64,000 bases of DNA from Lama glama. Taxonomy: Eukaryota. The notes beneath the pieces are model-generated. The model did not search any database. It worked only from the letters and a program-made list of their open reading frames with translations, and was not told the origin of the DNA. Shown in pieces: positions 38,371-53,001 of the stretch (position 1 is its first letter; every line of letters starts with the position of its first letter). Location of the stretch: the NCBI GenBank assembly GCA_028534125.1, contig CM052817.1:13642001-13706000 (forward strand), read 5' to 3'. The position numbers were made by a program, and so were the translations under genes.

Positions 38371-39825
38371 CTAAAGGGAAGGACTTAGCTGGGACCCAGA
38401 GAATGGGGTTCAAGTCCTTGTAGCCTCACATGATGGAGAATTATTTGGGGATGAGTCATGTAACCACTCTGAGCTCCCTCTTCCTTATCTGTGAAAGAAG
38501 GAGTTGAACTAACATCATTGATGTGATGTCCCAAACATGAGGGCATCCTGTGGTGAGTGGAGGCTGATATCAATGACTCCCACATTAATAAAAGACTGGG
38601 CTGTCATTATCTGCCTAATCTTCTCTCTCCTAACTAGTGTGATGAGGATGATGGTAAAGCAGTAATAATATCTTTGTGCCTCCTGTGTGTCATGCACTCT
38701 GAAGGGTACGACTTGTTTGACCAATGTCCTCTAGTAGTAATTCTTCCAAATTTAGCACTGAAAACCTGTGACCCTCTAAGGTCACAAAGAAAGTACATGA
38801 CAGTGCCAGGATTTGAATCCAGATCTAACTTCAAAAATCCAAGCTGTATACCCCCTGTCAATGTCTATCTTCCCAGATCTGGGATTTTTCATTAGCAGAA
38901 GGAAAACCAAAAATCCACTACAGTCCACAAGATGGGGCTACATACAGCAGGCAGTTTGTTTCCTTTAAGTTTATAAGGCAATTACTTTGAATATATTTGA
39001 CACATAGATTGACTTCGTATAAAAGTCACTTTACCTCAGAGTGATCAATAAACAAGGCTGTAGTCGTGTTAAGCTGCTGGTTTATTGACACTCTGAGATG
39101 TTTTGTCTCTGGTGAATAGATGCAGAAAATGGAGGCTGGAGAGAACTTTGGAAAGCTTCTAGCTTAAAAAGGTCATCACAGGCAAAAGGAAATTTAGAAC
39201 CAAAGCAATTAAAAGATTTATCCAAGGTCACATAGCTGGTTAGTGGCAGGGATGTGACCAGAATATATCTCATTGTCTACCTGAGCTGGTGCTTTTGCTG
39301 ACAGTGTTTTATTAAATCAAACTGAATATCTCTTATTTTAGGAGGAGCCACATACCATGCATCCATGTTCAAGGCAGGTTTATAAGAAAGATGGGGTACA
39401 ACTGTCTTAAATGATAAGCAAGGATTATTAAAGCTAATAAAGCTAGAACGATAATTCTGGGCAGGGACAACCACATAAGCAAAGGTATGTGGTTCTGGAA
39501 CCAAATGATGTGTTTGGACTATCAGAGAAACTATTGGTACTATTAGAAGATTCCATAGTACTAAAACTTAAAAGTGAAAATTAGGAAGCAGTTGGAAGCG
39601 AGGCTGAAGAGTCTTAAAGCGGCCAGGTCATGAAGGATTGACTATGTCATTCTAAGGCATGTGAAATTGATAAAGACTTTATGCAGGAGAATGACGTCGT
39701 CAGATTTGTATCTTAGCTCTCTCCGGCTGCAGTGTGGACTATGAAACATCTGTGTAAGGGGTGGGGAAAGCTGGGAGGAAGGGAAATCCGAGAATAGTGA
39801 AGCTGGTTATACGTATAATATTCTA

Positions 39826-41342
39826 GGCTACAGGAATCGAAACAGTGTGGTATTGGCAAAAACAGACATATGGATCAATGGAACAGAACAGAGAGCCCAG
39901 AAATAAACCCACATACCTACAGTCAATTAATCTTCAACAAAGGAGGCAAGAATGTACAATGGAGAAGAGACAGTCTCTTAGACAAGTGGCGTTGGGAAAG
40001 CTGGATAGTCACCTGTAAATCAATGAAGTTAGAACACTCCCTCACATCATACACAAAAATAGACTCAAAATGGCTTAAAGACTTAAACATAAGACAAGAT
40101 ACTATAAATCTCCTGAAAGAGAACATAGGCAAAACATTCTCTGATATAACTGTAGTGAAGTTCTCCTAGGGCAGTCTACCAAGGCACTAGAAATAAAAGC
40201 AGAAATAAACAAATGGGACCTAATTATACATACAAGCTTTTCAACAGCAAAGGAAACTATAAGCAAAATGAAAAGATAACCTATGGAATGGGAGAATATT
40301 TGCAAACAATGCGACTGACAAGGGCTTAATTTCCAGAATATATAAACAGCTCATACAACTCAATAACAACAAAACAACAAAACGACTCATTCAAAAAAAT
40401 AAGTAGAGGACCCAAACAAACATTTCTTCAATGAAGACATACAAATGGCCAATAGGCACATGAAAAAATGCTCCATATCACTAATTATGAGAGAAATGCA
40501 AGTCAAAATTACAATGAGGTATCACCTCACACCAGTCAGAATGGCCATCATCAAAAAGTCCACAAATAATAAATGCTGGAGAGGGTGGAGAAAAGAGAAC
40601 TCTCTTACACTGTTGGTGGGAATGTAAATTGGTGCAGCCACTATGGAAAGAGTACGGAGGTTCCTTAAGAAACTAAAAGTAGAGTTGCCATATGATCTAG
40701 CAATATCACTCCTGGGCATATATCCAGAAGAAAGATTAATTTGAAAAGATACATGCACCTCAATGTTCACAGTAGCAATATTTACAATAGTCAAAACACG
40801 GAAGCAACCTAAATGCTTATTAACAGATGACTGGATAAAGAAGTTGTGGTATATTTATACAATGCAATACTACTCAGCCATAAAAAAGAATAAAATAATG
40901 CCATTTGCAGCAACATGGATGGACCTGGCGATGGTCATTCTAACTGAAGTTAGCCAGAAAGAGAAAGAAAAATAAGATATGATATTACTTATATGTGGAA
41001 TCTAAAAAAAAAGATAAAAATGAACTTATTTACCAAAGAGAAACAGACTCACAGACATAGAAAATGAACATATGGTTACCAGCAGGGAAAGGGGGTGGGG
41101 AGGAATAAATTGGGAGTCTGGGATTGGCAGACACTAACTGCTCTATATAAAATAGATAAGAAACAACATCCTACTGTAGAGCACAGGGAACTATATTCAA
41201 TACCTTGTAACAGCCTATAATGAAAAATAATATGAGAAGGAATATATATATATATGTACAATTGAATTACATGATGTACACCATAAATTAACACATCATT
41301 GTAAACTGACAATGCATCAATACAAAAATTAAATTTAAAAAA
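39826..41342 (+). mobile_element. 5'-truncated LINE-1 (ORF2 C-terminus + 3' UTR) inserted in an L2 relic
   Basis: ORF2 peptides [48 protein letters not shown] and KIMPFAATWMDL, with frameshifts; artiodactyl-type 3' UTR and A-rich tail. Confidence 0.95.
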
Positions 41343-44141
41343 GGGTAAAGCTTATCCAAGTTCAATTCTAGTGGAAATAAAGCAGAGAGGGAAGATTCAA
41401 ATGACTTTCTGAGAGGTATAAATGACCATGATTTAGTGATTAAGTAAGAAAGGAGAAGGTTTAAGAGTGACTCCCAGATTTCTAGTTTGGCTAACTAATG
41501 GATAGTGATGAGATGGAGAACAAGAAGGAATACATTTGGCCATGTGGAAATAGTAAATCCACAACGAGGTCACAGTGTCATTGGATCATTACTGCATAGG
41601 TATCCTGGAGAGGTAGGCAACACACTTGGTCTGTGGCCATAACCACTGTAATATACAATTCTGCTTAAGGCAAGAGGGTAGCACGGTCAAGGTCAGAGTC
41701 CTGGAGAACATTACAGAAGAGGAGCCTCAACAATTGCTACGGAGAGAGAATAGAAAAGTTGGAACGGGTGAGGGAAAGCCTGTGTCAAAAGGGAAAAAAA
41801 GGGGGTTTCATACTTAGTGAATGATAATTCATTTTAAATGCATAGAGTCATTAAAGTGAAACCTAATTTCATTCATTTTTACAAGATGAGTGTCCTTGGT
41901 CCAGAAGAGCAACATGAATGGAAACTCAATGGAATGGGGATGTTGGATACAGAATTAAGAACAGGAGTGTTTCTGTTTTAAGGGTTTCAAATAAATGTCA
42001 GAGGAGAGGGAGAAAGTGGGAATGGGATGATTTAGGTATAACATATAAACCTATTGATTTTTCATAAGAGAAAAAGAAGTTAAAGCAGAGAGAGATGGGA
42101 TAGTTGATGGAGCATCTCTGAGGAATCAACAAGGTGTTACTTGGAAATGGCTCAGAGAAATTCTAACTCATGTGGAAAACTACAGACCTTTTCATATCAA
42201 GTGTCACTTTCATGGGAGGAAATTTTATGCTACAGCTGGAGGTTCCTTGTAAAACACCAGGGGTTCCAAGATTATTGTTAACTGAAGATCAGATGTCTGG
42301 AAAGATTTAATGAGTTTTTTCTGACTCATCTGGTAACACTGAGTGCCTCACCCCAGAGGCAAAGCTAGTCACTGGCATCTTCTGAATTGGCAAGCACATT
42401 ACATATTTCTCTAATAACTAGAAGAATATACCTTGGCAATACAGGTATGGCAGATAATAAGAATTAGTAATCATTGGGCCTTTCCCACTTTCCCTCATTT
42501 ATTGAAATATTTTCTGAAAAAAATACCAAAGGGCCTAATTGTAAAAGGTTTTAATTGTTTCAGCTCTGACAACAGATGGTTAAGAGAATTTATATTTAAT
42601 ACTTATCTATTAAATAAACTGCCTTAAAACATAGTGTGTGTATAAGTAAATATTTATGTATTAGATCTGCATATGAATTTTTTTCCAATATTTACCTTGC
42701 CTGAGAGCTTAGACTATACAGGCTTCCAAATTATGCTGAACAGTGGGACAAGTTTGATGAATTTCACTATGAATATAGTTTGGCACAACTTTATTTGAAA
42801 ATAGAGTGATCAAATTTGAGGGAGCCGGTACCCAGCATTTTTGCATGGTTTGAATATAGAGTGACTTTGGATACAGTGGAAAAGAGGGACCAGGTCCTTG
42901 CCAGGTGCCCCAGACACCTTCCTATTTAAACATAGCAGCCACCCTTCTAGGGAAGTATTATCCATTTATTGTGAACAATTGTTGTGAATCAGTGTGGTTC
43001 TAAAACATTATTTCCCTTGATATTTTAATTTTCCTGAAAATTGCATGCAACTTCTGGTTGATCTGCTCATTGAATATAGTGTTTATTTTTCCCCCCTTAA
43101 AAATGGTTGTATCAATAGGGTAGCAATAAACAGCCTCAGAATGGAGGAAATTGAGGCATAGAGAGGTTATCTATCTTGCCCATGAATACCAATTGGGATC
43201 AATACAGCCAGGGATTAAACCTAAGTCTATCTGATTTGAAAGTTGGTTAAGACAAATCTTAATTTACCATCTATTATGTTGATTGAGACACTATTCTAGG
43301 CCCTGGCATATAACAGCAGATGGCATAGAGGGACTTCTGCCCTCAAGAAGCTCACATTCCAGAGGAGAGAGATGGACACTAAAGAAGGCAAGTATATACA
43401 GGAAATTTAGATGCTCCATAAGTGCCTTAGAGCAAGTCATATAGAGCAAAGTGACAGAGTCCGATTGGGGAGTTGGCTATTGCAGGTTTCTTCCAGGAGG
43501 TGACATTTGATTCTCTTCCTACCCTTGCTTGGCAACAACGCATACTGTGTGAAGGAAGAGCAGCTGCAGTGGCCCTGAGACAGGAAGGAGCTTGCCCTTG
43601 ACCAGCTTTCAAATCAGACACTCCCTACTATGAGCCCTAAGTGTCTCCCTGCAAGGACCCATGATCTAAAGGGGAAAGCAGATACGTCAAATGATAAATG
43701 AGGGTGTTATGCATCAAGAGCTATGATGGAGATATGTTCAAGAGTCCACAGAAGCATGGAGGAATGGAAATGCTGTGGGTCGAATGAGTGTGCCAGGGAA
43801 GGCGGTGCAAGTTGAGCCAGGTTTGGAAGGAGAATTAGGATTTTGCCCAGGACATGGGGCAGGGCGTGGGTGGGTAAGTACTGTGCCTGGAAAGAACAGC
43901 ATCCGAATGGTGCGGAGGGATGAAGGAACGCAGGATATTCAGTACACTGTCATGGCTGAGCTAACCTGGGGTTCAGAATGGAGAGTGGCAGGGGATGGTT
44001 CAACGAAATGCAGCATCTGGAAGCGATTTAGTTTGGCAAGGTCTTGCAACGAGTTCTTCTCTCAGTTTTTAAGGATACGGTCACTGAAAATGCTCTAAGC
44101 GAATTTCTTGACACTGCCTGTCTGGCTTCCTGAGTTCTCTT

Positions 44142-44704
44142 TTTAAATTATTATTATTTTTTAATTGAACTATACTTAGTTCACAATGTTGTACCAATTT
44201 CCGGTGTACAGCATGTTTCAGTCATTTGTATACATACATATATTCCACTTCATATTCTTTTTCATTATAAACCTACAAGATATTGAATATAGTTCCCTGT
44301 GCTATACAGTAGAAATTTGTTGTTTATTTTATATGTAGTGGTTAGTATCTGCAAATCTTGAACTCTTTCCTCATCCCTTTCCACTCTCTTCCTCATTGGT
44401 AACCAGAAGTTTGTTTCCTATGTATGTGAGTCTGTTTCTGTTTGGTAAGTAAGTTCATTTGCATCCTTTTTTTTAAGATTCTGCATGTAAGTGATGGGAT
44501 TTTTTTTTCTGTTTCTGTCTTACTTCACTTAGAGTGATGATCCTCAGGTCCATCCATGTTGCTGCAAATGGCATTATTTTATTCTTTTTGATGTCTGAGT
44601 AGTATTCCATTGTATAAATATACTGCAGCTTCTTTATCTGGTTATCTGTTTGTGGACATTTAGGTTGTTTCCATGTCTTGGCTGTTGTGAATAGTGCTAG
44701 CATG
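44142..44704 (-). mobile_element. 5'-truncated LINE-1 3' end with decayed 19-bp TSD
   Basis: Minus-strand peptide TAKTWKQPKCPQTD...MPFAATWMDL; T-rich tail at 44142; TSD tggcttcctgagttctctt (44123-44141) / tggctttccaagttctctt (44705-44723). Confidence 0.93.
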
Positions 44705-47082
44705 TGGCTTTCCAAGTTCTCTTAATGAACGAGGTAGAAGGTATACTGTTTAAGTCAGTAGTTCTCAGCCCTGGCTGCCTATTAGAACCACGGGAAGAAT
44801 TTATAGTAAATATAAAATTAAAAAAAAAGTAAATCCCTGAACAATTCAAATTGGAAGATATGGGAGTAGAGTTTAGACGTGGGTGGTTGTCTAAGCTCCC
44901 CGGGTGAATCTAATAGGCAATCAGTGTTGGGACTCACTCTTTCCAGAACGACTGGCAGAGAAACTGAGTTCTCCTGAAGATGTGGGGCATCACGTGTATT
45001 GCAGAACCTGTACAGGAGAAAAGCTACCCACACAAAGAGAAGAAACCAGAAGTGACTGATCTGAAGGCTGACACTGTTCAGGGTTTAGAAAAAGTCATTT
45101 TGAAAATAAAGCAAGTGAAAGGAGTGTAATTATTATGCAACCAGGCTCTGAAATCTAATGGAGAGATCTGAACTTCATGGTGCCCTGAACACTCCTCAGT
45201 AATTATCTCAGAAGAAAACAATGGTGCCAAAGGGAGGCCCTGATTTTGAACAGTTCCAGGCGACAGTAAATGAGAAGTAATCTCACTGAGAAAGCAGTTG
45301 TGAGTCATGCCTTGACTTGCTCTTCCATAATGACACCTGAAGCACGCTTGTTTGTTCTGTAAACCTTAGGTAAGCAAAGTTACCCTCTAAGACATCAGGG
45401 GTTTGCCAAAGAACAGCTAGTTTAATTGGAGCTCATCTGCTGTTGTTCCTAATGAGTCTCCCATTTCATACCCTGCTCCTAGTTTGAAATAGAATGTTCC
45501 CCGTCTGGGATGATTAAAAACCCTTTTAAGCCTACAATATACGGTAGCTGCCAAAATATTTCCACCAAACAATGCTGCTCAGAACTGAGGCCTGCAGGCA
45601 GGATGGGAGTAGAGAAAAACTGTTGATTGCTCAAGCTTAAAAAAAAAAAAAATCACATCCAATTATCCCTGGTTTTTATTGTTTAAAAATCACCTTAGAA
45701 CTGTATTCGGTTCCTAAGGTTTGCTACCACATTCTCCCCAACCCCATCCTCTTTTGGTTTTCCAGTTGGTTTTTCACTTGGAGAGTATGATAAACAATTT
45801 TGGGGAGTCCATGCCATCAAGTCTTATCAGTATCTATGGCTAACATTTCGCTGTCTATTCTTCTTGCCAAAGAGCTGCTCTATGCTATAAAATGCCTTTG
45901 CTAAACATAAATCTCTTATTTATGGAATTAACAATATTCATGAGTTAGAATAAAGGCAACTACATCTTGTAGCTACGGGCGTTTTCCTTTTAGGAAACTG
46001 CAAGGTGCTAATCACTGGGTGTTTCCTTAGGAGAAACATTTAAATACTTTAATGCTAAGAACCTTTGTTCTCAGGCTTCATACATCCCTTTCACCCTTCT
46101 CCCAAGACTGGGATCTCAGGATTTCTGCTGCCTGCCTTGTACATTTCGCAGACTGTTGAACCAGTGTACTAGAAAAAATGTTCACAAATAGTACAGGGAC
46201 ACACGTTTCCTGGATCATAATAATCAAACACAGTGAGCTAATTAGCCCATTGACCTATGGTTCTTAACCATCTGAAATCTGATCAAAGGTGTTTTCTAAG
46301 AAACTCCTTAGAAAAGGCAAATGGACACACCCTATTACACACACGATGAACACAAGCGGTGGGTTCCGTGAAGAGGGCACCTGCACCTGCTCAGTGAGGC
46401 ACATGGTGGATTCTCAATAAATATTTGTTCAGTGAGTAAAAGAATAAAAGAGCGAATGAAATTTCAGGGTGAGTTTGGATGGCTCTGAAGGCTAGTTTCA
46501 ATCAGCTCTGGATTCAGAGCCTCCGCCATGAATGAAAAGCATTATGAAGCTGAGTTCTCCAAATTCCTTCTGGCCCTGGAGTCTTCCCTTTCTTTTTTGT
46601 GTTAAGGGTTGGCCATCTCCTTCCTCTCCGCACTGTTTAAATCCAGACAGGGCACACATGTTTGATTAGGTTTCCAGGCAGAGAATATAATCACTTCCAG
46701 ACTCGCTCATAGAGATTAACCCAGATTTCCTTGATGGAATATTTGGTCGTTCCTAAAATTCTCTAAAATGCATTTAATTACCATCTCTTGGATTTCTCAT
46801 GAATATCTATTATAATGCATTTAATTTATCTTTATTCTCAGAAGATCTTATTTCTCCCTGTTTCCAAGTTCCTAGGGCATCTTAGTTCATGTCCTGACAA
46901 AGGCAGCTGGAAAACACTGGCTCAGGTTCCTCTCTGTGGCAGAGACAGGCTGCCTGCTCTGAGCTCTTCCAGACACATGGTCTGAGAAGGGTCTATTTAC
47001 AGGCAAAAAGTTCTGTCCACTCCCCCTTCCCACCCAGCTATTCTGACTCTATCTATGCAATTTTAGAAGTCTTGTTTGCCTA

Positions 47083-47486
47083 CATATTAGTCTGTTCTGG
47101 CTGCCATGGACTGGGTGGCTTAAACAACAGAAATGTTCTCACAATTTTAGAGCTGGGAAGTCCAAAATCAAGGTGCTGGCTGATTTGGTTTCTGGTGAGA
47201 GCTCTCCTCCTAGCTTGCAGATGGCTGACTTCTTACTAAGTTCTGACATGGCCTTTTCTTAGTATGTGTATGTGCACTCACACTCACACACACACACACA
47301 CACACACACCCCACGTCTTCAAATCTTCTTATAAAGCCACTAAGCCCAACACAAGGGCCCCACCCTCATGACCTAACTTACTCCTAATTACCTCCAAAGG
47401 CCCCATCTTCAAATACTGTCACATTGGGGTTAAGGCTTCAACATAAATTTAATCTTACATTTAATCAACATTCAGCCCATAATACC
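47083..47486 (-). mobile_element. MLT1A-like MaLR solo LTR containing a (CA)n run
   Basis: gggtggcttaaacaacagaaat...gggaagtccaaaatcaaggtgctggc...cccaccctcatgacctaac...cattcagcccata. Confidence 0.87.
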
Positions 47487-48294
47487 AACTGACTGGGGAG
47501 AGGAGTGGTGTTGAAGGAAGAGAAAACAAGAACAAGAATTCTTTTGAGAGCCTACTGTGTAGATACATCTCATATGTGGTTTATTAAATTGCAACAAGAT
47601 TAAGGGGGTAGCAATAGAAACTTCCATTTTAGAAATGAGGACTCCGAAGTTCAGAGAAATTAAGTAACTTGTGCCTGGTCCTAGCGAGGAAGCAGTAACA
47701 TAGGGACCTTCACCTAGGCCTCCTTACCCCACCCTCGGGTGGCTGCAAATACTGGTCTGAGGACTGGATGTGCTAGTCTCACATATGGGGATCTTCAACA
47801 TCTAGGACCCATCCTCCATTTGAAAGATTCAGCCAGACCGGAGATCAGGTCGCTTCCACAGGAGATTCTGACCCACGGCCTGTTTGGAAACCACGGCACC
47901 TCAAACCACTCCTTCCTACGGTTAGTAACTTCCGAGGTTGCCTTTCAAGTGTGACAGTGATCTCTGATGTCCTAAGACAGATGTCATTTCAGGGCTCATC
48001 CCTGGCTTCCTGGGAAGTTACAAGCACACACCAACTGCAAACATTGTCTGTGAGGGGTAATTATAGTCACATGCCTACTGTTTCTTAGACATGTCTCTGT
48101 CACTTATTGAGTACAGAGGATTCTAAAGATACTAGAAGCCATAGGAGACACAGACATCACCACCAACAACAGCCATGAAAAAGCACCAGGTGTTTTTCTC
48201 TGATTCCTTCTTACAGAAATATGCCCACACGTTTTTCCCCCTGTTCACTGAAAGAATGCTAGATGTGACTAAAAAGTTATGTATTTCATTTTAA

Positions 48295-48490
48295 AATTAA
48301 AACAACCACCACAACAAAGGGAGCACAAGGAAACTTTTGAAGGTGATGGATATATTTATGATCTTGATTGTGATGATGTTAACGTAAGTGTACACAAAAG
48401 TCCAAACTCACCAAACAGTATACATTTATCATGTGCAGATTTTTTTATACACCAATTATACCTCAATTAAGCTGGAAAAAATTTAAAAAC
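48295..48490 (+). mobile_element. L1M 3'-end fragment
   Basis: cacaaggaaacttttgaaggtgatggatatatttatgatcttgattgtgatgat...caattatacctcaattaagctggaaaaa. Confidence 0.8.
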
Positions 48491-51164
48491 AGAATTTATA
48501 CATCTAAATGAAATACGGTGCCTTCCCAAGAAGTGCCTTGGGGAGCCACATGCTTAGTTTAACGGCGTGACTGAGGCTCGAACACTTTTTTGAATTCCCC
48601 ATGAAAAATGCCTGCAGAGTTTGTGGCATGTTCTTTGAATGTCCACTGCCAGGAAAATCCTTGACCTTTACACTATGGATTTGATCTTTGGAAATAGCAA
48701 AATTGTATTTGGAGACAAGTTCTGCAATCAAGTTAAGTGACCACACCAGGGAATTCTGCTTTAAAGACAAAATTGGGACAGATCATTGACTAATAGGGAG
48801 GCCTTCACCACCAGGCTGGCAAAACTGGTTCTGAGACCAATTGTAATATGGATATTTTCCTGCTGAGTTTTAGAAATAATAGCATAGTGTGTTAAGTGTG
48901 CAGATGAGGTGAAAATCTCGTAGGACAAGATACATTTGAAAATGTAAACTATGATTTTTTCCTTATATTTTTTCAAGGTTTTCATTGCAAACTTTGATTT
49001 TTATTTGAAATAAGATTAATTTCAGTTGATACTAGGTAATTTGATGCTACCAGGTCAAGGACTGATGAAACCACACAGTTTCAGAAGTTACTTTGGGTTG
49101 GATCAGTCTGTCCAAGATCTACCTGGCAAAAAACATAATCTGGGCGTAGACCTCATACTAAATATCTCAGATACTGTAGCAGCACCATATGCATAACAGG
49201 AATAACTGGGCAAGAGATGGCTAATAATTTTGCTTATAATTAGAGGAAGCAAGAGAGAGGGAATGAAATACAGTCACTTTAAAAAAAAAAAAACCCTGGA
49301 AATAATTGGCATCTTTGCCTTCTTGTGAAATACCCACTAGCCCAGCATCATGATGCTTCCTCATTAACTGAAGAAGTGATGCTTCTATCTTATTCTACGA
49401 ACTTTCTGGTTGCACTGCAGGAGATCTGTCCGCACTCTGTATGACTAACTCAAGATTTCATACAATCTTTGTTCTGAAATCTCTGCTGATCATTGAGTCA
49501 TAAGGTTAACCATTCTCAAGTTGTCATTATTCTGATATTTTAAGGGTCTAGGATTTTTGGATAAAGCTATTATTTCAGTCAGTATTTTTTCATCGTCTTG
49601 GGTATGGTATTATTTACAGCCGACTTTGGAAAAATAACACCTATCAATGTAACAGTTTTGCATACTTACACTGCACCTGTTTCTGCACTATAAATGATTA
49701 TTTATAGACTATAAATAATTATTTGTAGTCTAAACTTACAGAAAATGTTCATGGTAACCAGATCTCTGTGCATCTATGTGCCTACTGAGTGCTTCTTTTT
49801 CTTAGTTTCCAATTAGAGAAGCACATTTAAAATAAAAAGCTCTTTCTCACTTTGTCTTCAAGTCAACAAAAGTTAAGGCTCTTTGATACTGGCTGTATAG
49901 ATGACTCTCTCAACTGTGGTCGTAATGAAGTATACCAATCCCATTAAAATCCTATTTCCAAAGTGCCTTTGAAGAAGTCCCCTACTTTCTCACTATCCCC
50001 AGATTCAACAGATGTCTTTTTGGTTGTACTTAAGGTTTCTGTTTATTCTTTTTGGAATCTAATTTCATCACTTAGCTTCTGTGGCATAATAGAGACAAGC
50101 TGGATGAATTATCTCCTAACTATTTCATCATGAAAAAAAAGCCCAAACTGGTCTCAAAATAATTCTGATGTTTGGAGCCTTTCAGAAGGAAAGAGAGAGA
50201 AGGATAATCAAACAGAAGCATAATAAAATTTTCTAAGCTAATTTGTAAGTGAAGCAACAGTGGCACAACTGAACAAGGGTCTCACATACTGTTTCTACAC
50301 ACAATTCCAACGTTTCTTTAGAACATGAGCTTGTTGAGGGCAGAGATCAAGCCTTGTAGCTCTTTGTGTGTGAAGCACTTAGTATTGTGACTGGCATATA
50401 GTAGGAACCGAATAAATGGCAATTGAATACAACTTAGTCTAAGCTCTTTTAGGAAGGAAAAAAAATGAAGTTCACGGTAAAGAATCTAACTAGTATGCTC
50501 TCCAAATACATATGTGCTTTGTACATCTGGCATTCCATGTCATAGAACAAGGGCCTGGAGAACCAGATTAGGGGTATGAAGTAGGAGCTTGGGTATCACA
50601 TAGGGAGCAGGACTAAATTATGTCTACTGTCAAAATCCAATATGGATCGGTCTTTGAAAGCACTTTTGTTCTGTATTCCTCAAGATCTTCCTTGGTGATG
50701 GGTAATGACCAGTTTGATACATGGTGTGCTGTTAATAGATAATGACAGCTTAATATGCTAGTTCTTCTAGGCAACACATTTAACTTGGAACAGAATCCTT
50801 TAATCTGAAGGTGTGACTCATTCTAATCCTGGGAATTACAGCAATTTGTGGGTAGAATGGTCCAGGGTAATGTCTTGACTTCTCATTTTCCCTCAAATTC
50901 ATCATATCTAATCTCTAGAGTCCTGCACTCATTACTCCCACACTATTTACGGACTGGGTGTTACATCTTCTGTCTTCTCTCCTGGATTGTTGAATTGGCC
51001 TTTCTCCTGCTCTTCCTGCCCCAGACCTCTCCATAAATCCAATATCCATATTGTAGCCAGAGTGTTCTTTTAAAAGAACTCTTACCCCTGAATCACAGGA
51101 AAACAATGATTACATCCAATCAATGTCTGCACATCACTCAAAGAATAATGTTCAAAATCGTGTG

Positions 51165-51935
51165 ACATTCATTAGGGAAATGTAAATCAAAACCACAATG
51201 AGTTATTACTTCATGTTCATTAGGATGGCTATTATTTTTAAAAATGAAAAATAACAAGTGTTGGAGAGGATGCAGAGAAATCAAAACACTTGTGAATTAT
51301 TGGTAAGAATTTAGAATGGTGCAGCCACTGTGGAAAACAACATGGTGGTTCCCCAAAAAGTTACACAGAATTATTATATGATCCAGTAATTCTACACTTA
51401 AACATATACCCCAAAGAAGTCAAAGCAAGTACTGAAATGATATTTGTAGGCCAGTTTTCCCAGCAGTGTTATTTACATGATAGCCAAAATGTGGAAACAA
51501 TCCAATGTCCATCAAAAGATGAATGGATAAACAAAATGTGTCATAGTATTCATATAGTGGGACATTATCCAGATTTAAAAATAAATGAAATTTGGGTACA
51601 TGCTGCAACATGGATAAACCTTAAAAATACTATACTAAGTGAAATGTCAGACATAAAGGACAAGTGTATGATTCCACTTATTTGAGCTGTCGAGAGTAGG
51701 GAAATTCAGAGAGAGAGAAACTAGAATAGTGGTTACCAGTGACCATGGGGAGGGACTAACAGGAAATCATTGTTTAATGGGTGTAGAGTTTCAGTTTGAG
51801 ATGATAAATATGTTCTCGGAAATGGATAGTGGGGATGGTTGCAAAACATGTAGTTAATGCCACTGAATTTTACACTTAAAATGGAGAAAATGGTAAATTT
51901 TATGTTATATATATTTTTTACCAGAGTAAAAATAT
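51165..51935 (+). mobile_element. L1MB-like 3' portion (ORF2 end + 3' UTR)
   Basis: cattagggaaatgtaaatcaaaaccacaatgag..., tgctgcaacatggataaacctt..., ttaatgccactgaattttacacttaaaatgg. Confidence 0.88.
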
Positions 51936-53001
51936 AATTAATTACAGGCAACTTCCTGCCTCACCTTTTTACCTCCAGCATCTCTATAGTTAGTGACAGG
52001 TCATCATCCACACCACACACCCTGTCTACACCAACCTGACACTTGACCACGTCTCCAGGACTCCTCCTTGCCTGCTCTCTCACAAACTGGATGAGGGGCT
52101 GGACTGCAGTAACCAGTAATGCACCACACATATCCTTTACCCTAAAGGTACTGCACAGTAATGATCTGTCTCATAAGATAGGAAACTTGTTAATGGAAAG
52201 AACTGAGTGTTTCACATCCTGCCTATTTTTTGAGCAATCAACTCGATATGCGGTAGGCTGTCAATAGATACTGAGAGAAGGAGAAAGCAGCTAATTAAAA
52301 AAAAAATCAAGATTGGAAGGAATCTTAGAGGTTATTTAGTCTAAACTTCTTAAGAAAATAATTAAATGCTAATTTGACATAGTAGCTAAAATGTTGCCTT
52401 CCAAAGGTCTAATTTCCACTTGAAATTCAGTAGCAGCCATTTTTAACCTTTGCCATTGCTCTTATCATTTATTGACTCATATTTGAGTCATACATTCATC
52501 ATGTCAATTTTTTTCAAACTTTAATGAGCCTTATAACATCTTCATAGTGTTTGCTCTACCCATGGACTAGTTGTCCTAATGTTCAATTAAGTTGATCTTT
52601 CGCTTAAGCAATATTGTCAATTAAATCAGTTTTTAAGTGTTGTTTCTTTGTCCTACTAAGTTAAAACAGATAATTAACTATGAAAATAAAAACTTTCCCA
52701 TATGCTATCTAAATCATCTTTTTGCACAATGTGGTATGTAAATCATGCTTTGGGAAATCAATCTGAATTGTATGATTGACTGCTGTTTTGAATCCAGGGT
52801 ACTGCATGCAAAACTTTTGATTCCTCAACAAATTTTAAGACTCCCTGAAAATTCCTTAGCTCCTTTGATGGCTGTCAAGCTTTCATTACATACTCAGCAA
52901 GTAAGTTGACTAAATATATCTGTTATTTCAGAGATGGTACATATGATCTGCCCTTATAAAATCAAAGCCATTCCACAAGGTTAAGAAATTTGGACGTGAG
53001 G

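Noticed and set aside
39800..41370. TSD for the 1.5-kb L1
   Set aside because: No convincing duplicated flank found by eye.
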